Part shown: positions 25,055 to 32,000 of the stretch, one piece after another
How the letters are laid out: each line of letters starts with the position of its first letter
How positions within the stretch are numbered: the stretch's first letter is position 1
Source of the DNA: Ignicoccus islandicus DSM 13165
GTDB taxonomy: Archaea > Thermoproteota > Thermoprotei_A > Sulfolobales > Ignicoccaceae
Direction of reading: 5' to 3'
Length of the DNA stretch: 32,000 nucleotides
Assembly (NCBI RefSeq): GCF_001481685.1
Contig: NZ_CP006867.1
Location: 1,350,001-1,382,000 of the forward strand
Position numbers and translations under genes: made by a program
Notes under the pieces: model-generated
The model's input: the letters and a program-made list of their open reading frames with translations, nothing else
What the model was told of the DNA's origin: nothing
Database searches by the model: none

Positions 25055-26568
25055 TACTTATGGCCCCCAGCCCCGGGTGTTTCTAGACGAACTCTATCTC
25101 CTTTCTTTAGGTTAAGTTCGAGATATCCGTTTGTTTGTACAACTTCGCTTCCACTTCTGTAAACAACTATCCTACCAGGACTACCGTTCGTACCACCTAT
25201 GCCGTAAGAAGGGAATCGAGTTTGTGACAATAGGGTAATTACAGTTATATCATCTAGCGATTCAAACTCCCTTACTATTCCGTCTCCTCCCTTCCTTCTT
25301 CCTTTACCACCACTGTTACGTCGAATGCCATATTCTGTAAATAGTATAGGTAACTCTGATTCTATTACTTCGATAGGTGTGTTTAATGTGTTAGTCATTC
25401 CCCACTGTACGCCGTTTTCACCATCTTCCCACTTGGTGGCTGACCCACCGCCACCATTGGTTTCGTAATATGTCCTATCTTTATAGGATATGATGAGGTT
25501 AGACATTGTCCCAGGACCTAAAGATGGTACTTCATCAGTTATTTTGGAAAACGCTAGAATAATACTTTGCAAGATTCTCTGAGATGTTTCTAGGTTACCG
25601 GCACCAACTGCCCGTGGATAGTTAGGATTTAGTATACTACCCTTTCGAGTTTTTACATGTATCACATCATATAGGCCTTGATTAACGTCCTTTTGTGCCC
25701 CGAAAAATGATTTAATGAAGAAAGAAGCCGCAGCATAAGATATTCCCTCTACAGCGTTAAGATTGTAATCAACTTCGTCATCACTCTCTGTAAAATCGAA
25801 GAACACCTTTTCTGTATCTATTTTTACGCTAAGACGTATATGAGCAATATCTAAGTTAGGTAGCTCCAATGGTATTTCAGAGGATCCATGGGTTCCTGCT
25901 AAAGGTATTAATGTTTGGGCATAGCTTTCCCTAGTAATCTCTATATAGCTATCTATGGCGCTTTTTATGAAATCCAGGGTCTTCTTTTCAATGAACTCTT
26001 TTAATTGCATGTAGCCCCAACGTATAGATGACAATTGGGCATTAACGTCAGCTACGAAAAGTCGAGGATTTCTAACTGACCTTGCTAAATTAGTAGCTTC
26101 TTTAGAGAGGACCCAGTTGGATGCTGCCCTAATTGGTTTTATAACTATGCCTTCTTCGTATAAGTACTTGGCGAAAGGATTTAATGAACCGGCTTTGGGC
26201 CCTCCTATGTCCACGTAATGTGCTTTCACAGCTATATAGAAATCACTATATCGCGACACCATTGTAACGTCATTTAAATGGGTTCCAGTAAGATAAGGGT
26301 CATTAGTCATAAGCACGTCTCCAGAACCTAGGCCTAAAGATTCGTATGCTTCTATGAGCTTCTTAGAGGCCCATGCCATGCTACCTAAGTGTACGGGAAT
26401 GTGTTCAGCCTCTGCGACAACTCTTCCGTGAGAGTCAAATATAGCACAAGAGAAGTCTAGTCTTTCTCTTATGTTTGGAGATGAAGACGAGTTTCTTAGG
26501 ACTACTCCCATTTCTTCTGATATGTAGGAAAGTGTTTTTTGTACTATACCAACTTTAAGCTCATCCAT
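25054..26568 (-). CDS. hydantoinase B / oxoprolinase family protein (HyuB-like)
   Basis: The N-terminal block SEEMGVVLRNSSSSPNIRERLDFSCAIFDSHGRVVAEAEHIPVHLGSM, the ETNGGGG block and the GGKGRRKGGDGIVREF block are typical of the Hydantoinase_B family. 504 aa. Confidence 0.8.
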   Translation of the reverse strand: MDELKVGIVQKTLSYISEEMGVVLRNSSSSPNIRERLDFSCAIFDSHGRVVAEAEHIPVHLGSMAWASKKLIEAYESLGLGSGDVLMTNDPYLTGTHLNDVTMVSRYSDFYIAVKAHYVDIGGPKAGSLNPFAKYLYEEGIVIKPIRAASNWVLSKEATNLARSVRNPRLFVADVNAQLSSIRWGYMQLKEFIEKKTLDFIKSAIDSYIEITRESYAQTLIPLAGTHGSSEIPLELPNLDIAHIRLSVKIDTEKVFFDFTESDDEVDYNLNAVEGISYAAASFFIKSFFGAQKDVNQGLYDVIHVKTRKGSILNPNYPRAVGAGNLETSQRILQSIILAFSKITDEVPSLGPGTMSNLIISYKDRTYYETNGGGGSATKWEDGENGVQWGMTNTLNTPIEVIESELPILFTEYGIRRNSGGKGRRKGGDGIVREFESLDDITVITLLSQTRFPSYGIGGTNGSPGRIVVYRSGSEVVQTNGYLELNLKKGDRVRLETPGAGGHK

Positions 26569-26602
26569 CGTTCTTCTAACACCATAGTTCTATTAGGATT
26601 GT

Positions 26603-26644
26603 GAGGCAAAAAGTCCCCCCTCTCATTCCGAGGCTTTTTGCCTC
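26603..26644. other. GC-rich hairpin: perfect 11-bp stem GAGGCAAAAAG/CTTTTTGCCTC with a 20-nt loop
   Basis: Read directly: stem arms at 26603-26613 and 26634-26644. It is embedded in a GC-rich island of about 90 nt (26601-26690) inside an otherwise AT-rich 636-bp gap, 35-76 nt upstream of the hyuB start. It could be an ncRNA, a terminator or an operator. Confidence 0.3.
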
Positions 26645-26751
26645 CGTCCGGGGGTCGGCGCGCTCGAGACGAAGGTTCCCGAAGATGAATAAAAGTTTTG
26701 ATTCTGTTAGTAAGCTAGATGGATTCTTCCGAAGACTAAATGGGCTTCTGA

Positions 26752-27201
26752 ATGTTTACTATGTCACACTTCCAGAGTTCGATTACTTTTCCATTATTCA
26801 CTCTGATTATATGGAGTTGGAGCAATGACTATCTCATACATACTTCTAAATCGGTAGTTCGAAACAGTATAATAATATCTAGTACCAACGACTTCTTAGT
26901 ACTTAATGTTACTTCGCTGGTTGTAGCATTAGATGGATATACTCTTTATCGAATAATTGCTACTGAACCACCCGTTACTGTATATAAATTGGCAAATGTG
27001 TTCAAGTTACGTGATTCTACCATAATATTCTTCCGAATAGTTGAGAATACTACTTTGATGTTCGATAGCACACAGTTACAGTACTACAATAAGCCCAATT
27101 CAGGTCTTAATGTTATTATTGATATGAAAAACGTCATCGGCTTCATAGTTATATTAGTAGAGATAGTTAGACGTGCAATGGCTTTAGAGTATAGAGGGTG
27201 A
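26752..27201 (+). CDS. doubtful hypothetical protein (149 aa) with hydrophobic N- and C-terminal segments
   Basis: It is the only ORF of 60 aa or more covering most of the gap. It has hydrophobic ends (ITFPLFTLIIWSW, VIGFIVILVEIV) and N-x-T sequons. I saw no SD and no TATA box at a suitable distance, and the region is very AT-rich. Confidence 0.3.
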   Translation: MFTMSHFQSSITFPLFTLIIWSWSNDYLIHTSKSVVRNSIIISSTNDFLVLNVTSLVVALDGYTLYRIIATEPPVTVYKLANVFKLRDSTIIFFRIVENTTLMFDSTQLQYYNKPNSGLNVIIDMKNVIGFIVILVEIVRRAMALEYRG

Positions 27202-27204
27202 GAG

Positions 27205-27525
27205 CTAGAGTAGTATATCACTCAATTTTATAAGAGATTCATTGCATATTTTCATCTTACAGAACCTAACGCCTTCCAACTCCAGTAACCTCTTTTTGAA
27301 CTCTCTTCCGAGTTTGTAACCACCTACGTCTAAGTCTTTTGGAACAACTCTATGACATGGCACTACTATCAGTTTTTCATTGGATGCTAACATTTTCGCG
27401 ATCGCTCTAGGATGTGTATTCAAAATATTGGCTAGGTCTGAATACGTTACGACTTTACCTATGGGTACTAAATTGAGGATTACTTCTAGTAACTCCCGTT
27501 TCGTAGTTTTATCTAAGGTTCCCAC
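27205..27525 (-). CDS. ogt: methylated-DNA-protein-cysteine methyltransferase, short form (C-terminal DNA-binding/active-site domain only)
   Basis: Active-site motif VVPCHRVV, preceded by a helix-turn-helix-like VTYSDLANILNTHPRAIAKML. At 106 aa it lacks the usual N-terminal domain. GTG start. Confidence 0.8.
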   Translation of the reverse strand: MGTLDKTTKRELLEVILNLVPIGKVVTYSDLANILNTHPRAIAKMLASNEKLIVVPCHRVVPKDLDVGGYKLGREFKKRLLELEGVRFCKMKICNESLIKLSDILL

Positions 27526-27549
27526 CTCTGATTAGACGGTGGTTAAGAA

Positions 27550-27750
27550 ATGGTTATGTATTGGTATCGTTGTATTAGCGGAATTTACGATCCTGTAACT
27601 AGGTGCAATCTACTAGATACAGACGTCTCAGCCCACTTCTGTCTAATATGTCCTTTACGAGGTAAGGAGTGTAAGGATCCAGTGTGGTTTAATGATATGA
27701 AAGAAGATTCATTGAAGAAATTATTTGACAAGCTAAGCTCGGTGGAGTAA
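27550..27750 (+). CDS. small Cys-rich protein (66 aa, five Cys; possible metal-binding)
   Basis: GGTGG lies 7 nt upstream of the ATG. Cys residues at positions 8, 19, 31, 34 and 41 include a CLIC pair. The stop is 4 nt before the next gene. Confidence 0.55.
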   Translation: MVMYWYRCISGIYDPVTRCNLLDTDVSAHFCLICPLRGKECKDPVWFNDMKEDSLKKLFDKLSSVE

Positions 27751-27754
27751 AAAG

Positions 27755-28534
27755 ATGATATTTATTTATCTCGATGAGCTCAGTAAGGAGATAGCTCGAT
27801 TATGTTCCTTAATATACAGTGAGCTATCTCACAAGCTCTCTATAGTTTTCGATCCGATATCCTTCGTTAACTACTTCATGATTTATATCGAACCTACTGT
27901 TTTGAGCGATATTGTCGTGATCGGGGTCATGCCAAAATTCGATGTTAACGTAGCAGTGAGATTGGCAAACTCCTTTAGAGCCTTTTCCCTAGAGCCTAAG
28001 AACCTAATTATTAATGCCGAATCGTACGTAGAGGTTATAAATCTCAAGACCCCAGGAACGGATTTCTTTAGAAACTCGAAGGTTGTGTCTGCTCATAACT
28101 ACGTTCAGTTAACTTATAAGACTTTGGAAACGTGCTTCAAATACGTACTGGAAGACATTAAACCTTCACCGCGATTAGAGCTTTTTCAAGAGGATTTAGA
28201 GAGCGTCCGAACTCTTCAACGTTCGGATCAAGTTCCAGAAAGTCATTTAAACTCTTTGTTAAAGATAGTTGAAAGCTCCAATCCAATTCTCACTACACCT
28301 TCTGTAAATCTGTTCGCTAAAGTACTTAGTTTTGAAACGAAAAGGGAAGTAAAAGAATACATAGAATTTAGCAAGGAAAAAATATTCGAATATGATATTT
28401 TAACTACTACCTCAGAAGAACATTGGATAAAACATCTCTCACGATATGCCCACATTTATGTTTCACTTAACGTCGATCCACTCATTGCATCGTATTACCT
28501 CTTGAAGATATACGAAATTCTAAAACAAATCTAA
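27755..28534 (+). CDS. hypothetical protein (259 aa)
   Basis: GGTGGAG lies 7 nt upstream of the ATG. Tightly linked to the 66-aa ORF. No family recognised. The 3' end overlaps gatD convergently by 15 nt. Confidence 0.65.
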   Translation: MIFIYLDELSKEIARLCSLIYSELSHKLSIVFDPISFVNYFMIYIEPTVLSDIVVIGVMPKFDVNVAVRLANSFRAFSLEPKNLIINAESYVEVINLKTPGTDFFRNSKVVSAHNYVQLTYKTLETCFKYVLEDIKPSPRLELFQEDLESVRTLQRSDQVPESHLNSLLKIVESSNPILTTPSVNLFAKVLSFETKREVKEYIEFSKEKIFEYDILTTTSEEHWIKHLSRYAHIYVSLNVDPLIASYYLLKIYEILKQI

Positions 28535-29836
28535 TGTTCGTCTCGATGAAATTTCGCCTGCTATTGGTTCTAACATTTTCCTCTTTACGACCTCTATGTC
28601 GTCTCCGAAGTTTCCTAATACCCACATGAGCTTGACTAATGCTGTTTCAGATAGCATATCACCTAAAGGCGTTACTCCAACCTCTAAGAGCTTCCTCCCC
28701 GTTGCATATACGTTTAGGTTCGTGGTACCGTAAATGCATTGAGTAGTCATACCTACGAAAATACCATCTTTAATGAGATTCCTGATCGTACTAAGTAGAT
28801 CTTCAGAGATATGACCCATACCAGTACCTTCTATTATTATACCCTTATAACCTCTTTCTTTAATTATATCAAAAATGTCGCTTTTCATTCCAGGGAACAT
28901 TTTGACTAAGAAGGCGCGTTCATCGAATTTGTTAAGTAATCTAGGAATAGAATTAGACCTCTTTCTAAGATCTTTTTCTATGACCTTTAACTCATAGATC
29001 CAAGGCCAAACGAGCGCTATGGGCTTGGAGCATATACTCTTAAATGCATCTCTTCGCGTGGAGTGCATTTTTCGTGTCCTCGTGGCTCGATGAACGACGG
29101 CGTACGTGTCACCGGTCTCACCGTGCATTGTAATGACGACCTCTGCAAACGGAGCCCTTGCAGCGACTAGGGTGGCTGCAAGTAAGTTGAAGGCAGCATC
29201 ACTCGAAGGTCTGTCAGAAGACCTCTGGGCTCCTACGAACACTACTGGTTTATTCAACTCTTGAATGGCAAAAGAGATGGCAGCCGCTGTATAGCTCATA
29301 GTATCAGTGCCATGAGCTACAATTATCCCTTTAACATCGTCCCTTAACAGTTCCTTATGCACTTCTAATGCTATCCTTTCCCAATTTTTCGGTTTCATGT
29401 TCTCTGAAAGTATATCTAATAGTTGTTCAGTTTCTAGATCAGCTATTTCTTTTATTTCCGGAATATCTTCAATGAGCTCATTGGCGCTTAGGTAAGGTTT
29501 AACTGCACCAGTTTCGTAATCTATCTTCGATGCAATTGTTCCGCCAGTCCCAATTATTTTTACTAAAGGGAATCCAGGTCTCCTTTCGACCCTCTTACTT
29601 TCTCGGTGTGAAACTTTCTTCTCATACTTTCCAAGTACCTCTATCCTTTCGATATTTTCTTTCTTTATACCTATGTTGTAACCATTATCTAACTTAATTA
29701 CTATGGTGTCATCGCTTCTTGCAAGTGGTAATACTAGGCCACTAACCTCTAAACCGTCTTTTCTTACTACTTTCACGTAAGTTAAAGGTTCTATTTCATT
29801 ACCCACGTTCAAAATCTTCTCCCGCCGTATTTCCAT
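28520..29836 (-). CDS. gatD: Glu-tRNA(Gln) amidotransferase subunit D
   Basis: Asparaginase-type motifs IIGTGGTIAS and VAHGTDTMSYTAAA, preceded by the N-terminal domain of about 90 aa typical of archaeal GatD. 438 aa. gatE is not adjacent. Confidence 0.9.
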   Translation of the reverse strand: MEIRREKILNVGNEIEPLTYVKVVRKDGLEVSGLVLPLARSDDTIVIKLDNGYNIGIKKENIERIEVLGKYEKKVSHRESKRVERRPGFPLVKIIGTGGTIASKIDYETGAVKPYLSANELIEDIPEIKEIADLETEQLLDILSENMKPKNWERIALEVHKELLRDDVKGIIVAHGTDTMSYTAAAISFAIQELNKPVVFVGAQRSSDRPSSDAAFNLLAATLVAARAPFAEVVITMHGETGDTYAVVHRATRTRKMHSTRRDAFKSICSKPIALVWPWIYELKVIEKDLRKRSNSIPRLLNKFDERAFLVKMFPGMKSDIFDIIKERGYKGIIIEGTGMGHISEDLLSTIRNLIKDGIFVGMTTQCIYGTTNLNVYATGRKLLEVGVTPLGDMLSETALVKLMWVLGNFGDDIEVVKRKMLEPIAGEISSRRTLDLF

Positions 29837-29942
29837 CTTAGTAGCGAATTTAGAATTTGGTCTTTTACCGCTCGTTTAAGTAAAAATTATAGCTTTGACT
29901 CACATTCCAATCTTTTCGGAAAGTAGAGAGGTGTAATTAGTA

Positions 29943-31808
29943 GTGACCGAGTTCACCCTTTTACGAATAAACTTAAGCTCCGGTAAGTCTAAAGACGAGA
30001 AGGTTGATGAGAAGACTTTGAGAAAGTTCTTGGGAGGTAGAGGTCTCGGAACCTATTTGGCACTTAAGGAAATACCTAGGAACGCTGATGCTTTAGGTCC
30101 AGAAAACAAACTCTTCATTATGTCTGGACCTGTAACTGGAACTGCTGAAGGTTTCGAAGCTGGTCGAACCCACGTAGTGGCCAAGAGCCCCCTTACGGGA
30201 CTTATTGGAGAAAGTAACATGGGCGGTAGGTTCGCTCCATGGATGAGGTTCTCTGGATATGATGGTCTAATTATAGAAGGTAAAAGCGAGGAACCAGTTT
30301 GGATAAGTATAGTAAATTCCGAGATTACCATCCACAGTGCAAAGGATATTTGGGGGCGGGGAACTCATTATACCGAACACTATATCAGGAAGAAACTAGG
30401 CGTAACGCCGAAAGAAGGTGCTGTTCTAGCAATAGGACCAGCAGGTGAAAATAAAGTTAGATTAGCTAACATAATTCATGCTGGTGGACGTGCTGCCGGA
30501 AGAACTGGTCTAGGCGCCGTAATGGGTTCTAAAAACTTGAAGGCGATTTACGTATACGGAGAAAGGAAGCCCGAAATAGTTGACAAGGAGAGGTTCGAAA
30601 AAGGCGTCAAACTTCTAAAGGAAAAGATAGGCAACCATCCAGTAAGGAAGGCTCTGAACAATTACGGAACTGCGGTTTTAGTTAATATAATCAATGAAAT
30701 AGGTGCATTACCTACTAAGAACTGGACTAAGGGTACTTTCGAAAAGGCTGAAGAGATAAGCGGTGAAAAAATGGCTGAGAAGTACTTGGTTAAAAGCAGG
30801 GGATGTTGGGGTTGTCAAATCGAATGTGGTCGATTGGTCAAAACCTACTCGCCGGAATGGGGTGTACCTGAGGGATCCAAAGGTCCTGAGTACGAAACTA
30901 TATTTGCAATAGGATCCAATTTAGAGCTTTCAAACTTAGAAGCAATAATTAGACTTAACCATGTTCTAAACGACGTTGGTATGGATACAATAGAATTCGG
31001 TAACACCGTAGCTGTCTTAATGGAACTCTACGAAAGGGCACAGAAGGGCGAGCTACCCCAAGATAAGGCGGAGGAACTATTTAAATTACTCGATGGTCTT
31101 AGGCCAATCTGGGGCACACCAAATCCGGTCCTTGAACTTATCTACAAGGTAGCTACAAGAGACGGAATTGGCGAATACATGGCAGAAGGAGCGAAAAGGT
31201 TAGCTGAGAGATTTGGATGCAATTGCGTTGCGGAGGCCAGGGGCATGAGTTTACCAGCGTATGATCCTAGAGCTATAAAGTCTATGGCATTAGCCTATGC
31301 AACGGCAAACAGGGGAGGTTGTCATCTCAGGGCGTACGCCGTGAGCTTTGAAGTCCTAGGTATTCCTAAGAAAACTGATCCGCTAGAGGTCAACGTAGAG
31401 AAGGCTAAAATGGTTAAGGAACAACAAGACTTCTTTGCAGCGATAGATAGTATGATAGTATGTAAGTTCAACACATTCATGACACCGTCTCCCGAGGACT
31501 ACGTTGACCTATTGGCCGGTGTGACCGGATGGGACGTAACAGCGGAAGAGATAATGAAGATAGGAGAGAGAATCTACAACGTAGAGAGGCTGTTTAACGT
31601 ACGTGAAGGCGATCCCGGTGATTACTTAAGCAGAAGGTTGATAGAAGAGAAGCTACCCGATGGCCCGGCTGCGGGTCACACTGCAAAGGACGCTCTAGAA
31701 GTAATGCTCCCGGCTTACTATGAGTATAGAAAATGGGAGAACGGAATCCCATCAAAGGAAATATTAAGAGAGCTAGACTTACAAGAGTTCGAATACATAA
31801 TTGCTTGA
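29943..31808 (+). CDS. aor: tungsten-type aldehyde:ferredoxin oxidoreductase family protein
   Basis: AOR N-domain (LRINLSSGK...GGRGLG...GPL), Fe-S Cys cluster CWGCQIEC plus a later Cys in GGCHLRAY. 621 aa. GTG start with GAGGTG 9 nt upstream. Confidence 0.9.
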   Translation: MTEFTLLRINLSSGKSKDEKVDEKTLRKFLGGRGLGTYLALKEIPRNADALGPENKLFIMSGPVTGTAEGFEAGRTHVVAKSPLTGLIGESNMGGRFAPWMRFSGYDGLIIEGKSEEPVWISIVNSEITIHSAKDIWGRGTHYTEHYIRKKLGVTPKEGAVLAIGPAGENKVRLANIIHAGGRAAGRTGLGAVMGSKNLKAIYVYGERKPEIVDKERFEKGVKLLKEKIGNHPVRKALNNYGTAVLVNIINEIGALPTKNWTKGTFEKAEEISGEKMAEKYLVKSRGCWGCQIECGRLVKTYSPEWGVPEGSKGPEYETIFAIGSNLELSNLEAIIRLNHVLNDVGMDTIEFGNTVAVLMELYERAQKGELPQDKAEELFKLLDGLRPIWGTPNPVLELIYKVATRDGIGEYMAEGAKRLAERFGCNCVAEARGMSLPAYDPRAIKSMALAYATANRGGCHLRAYAVSFEVLGIPKKTDPLEVNVEKAKMVKEQQDFFAAIDSMIVCKFNTFMTPSPEDYVDLLAGVTGWDVTAEEIMKIGERIYNVERLFNVREGDPGDYLSRRLIEEKLPDGPAAGHTAKDALEVMLPAYYEYRKWENGIPSKEILRELDLQEFEYIIA

Positions 31809-32000
31809 AAAATACTTCTTCAATAATTCTGCCATTAAAGTCAATCCGGATAATGCTATGCCAACTATTTAATTATTTTTATTCTATTCGATTTTAAGTC
31901 AAGGTAGAAGTTAATGTAAGATATTACGTGCGAAGCTAAATAACTCTTTTTACCGATTGATATTACTTGTGAAGGACGTACGTCGCTGGGTAAGTCTATA

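Noticed and set aside
26590-26650. H/ACA guide RNA reading of the hairpin on the minus strand, where the stem is followed directly by ACA.
   Set aside because: The 20-nt loop leaves no room for a two-sided pseudouridylation pocket plus an upper stem with a K-turn or K-loop. Only the ACA coincidence supports this reading.
26681-26751. Another C/D-like arrangement: AAGATGA ... CTGA about 60 nt apart.
   Set aside because: The C box is imperfect at position 2. There are no credible internal D'/C' boxes, no terminal pairing, and the sequence is AT-rich, unlike the other four candidates.
26601-26828. 75-aa plus-strand ORF over the GC-rich island.
   Set aside because: It has a GTG start with no SD. 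The Arg/Ser/Pro-rich sequence is produced by the hairpin-forming GC-rich DNA, and it overlaps the 149-aa ORF in another frame. The region is more likely RNA or structural sequence.
2334-30331. Shadow ORFs of 60-159 aa on the opposite strand or in an alternative frame of well-supported genes. Examples: 2334-2528, 3456-3641, 3594-3794, 4421-4624, 6555-6755, 6857-7039, 8223-8429, 9442-9723, 11883-12221, 12396-12593, 12933-13190, 13519-13818, 14098-14286, 14672-15151, 15940-16122, 16926-17120, 18041-18223, 18960-19172, 19918-20217, 23835-24119, 24327-24533, 24597-24806, 28243-28455, 30053-30331.
   Set aside because: Each lies fully or mostly inside a gene with strong family motifs. Their sequences are low-complexity (Ser/Leu/Pro/Ile-rich) products typical of antisense frames, and they have no SD or promoter context.
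1-32000. Search for CRISPR repeats, tRNA/rRNA genes, IS elements, integrases or prophage-like blocks.
   Set aside because: By eye I found no regularly spaced direct repeats, no T-loop (GGTTCRAATCC-type) signatures and no transposase or integrase-like ORFs. Gene content is housekeeping and syntenic-looking throughout. A manual scan cannot exclude short or degenerate elements.

Overview
Compact, roughly 90% coding chromosomal segment of an archaeon. It is most likely a hyperthermophilic member of the Crenarchaeota/Thermoproteota. Archaeal markers present: aIF5B, GatD, ribosomal proteins S28e and L24e, a ThiD-ThiN fusion, archaeal-type UMP kinase and tungsten-type aldehyde:ferredoxin oxidoreductase. 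GC is about 40% by eye, codon usage is rich in AGA/AGG/ATA, many genes are preceded by Shine-Dalgarno (SD)-like GGAGGTGA-type motifs, and GTG/TTG starts are frequent. Taxon and functions are inferred from motifs read by eye; no database search was possible.

Content is mostly housekeeping:
- M17 aminopeptidase
- a head-to-head NurA/HerA pair
- pyrH
- a livHMGF ABC importer
- S28e / L24e / ndk
- a ParA/MinD ATPase
- fused class I fumarate hydratase
- a secreted Lon-like S16 protease
- ThiDN
- a 2TM-RCK K+ channel
- aIF5B
- trpD
- an orphan hydantoinase-B homolog
- a short MGMT
- gatD
- AOR

I saw no rRNA, tRNA, CRISPR array, transposase or integrase.

Observations beyond the ORF track:
1. Four candidate box C/D sRNAs in GC-rich intergenic islands, three of them flanking aIF5B.
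2. An unlisted 58-codon six-Cys ORF coupled by a GTGA overlap.
3. An aminopeptidase whose homology-like N-domain has no canonical start codon; an SD motif followed by ATT is the best candidate start.
4. Repeated palindromes upstream of the orphan parA.
5. A 636-bp poorly coding gap containing a GC-rich 11-bp perfect hairpin.

The best candidate for an undescribed system is the stand-alone HerA-NurA module at 1683-6199. It has four tightly coupled uncharacterised partner genes and no Mre11/Rad50. A second candidate is the Cys-rich 66-aa plus 259-aa operon divergent from the truncated MGMT. Both are inferences.
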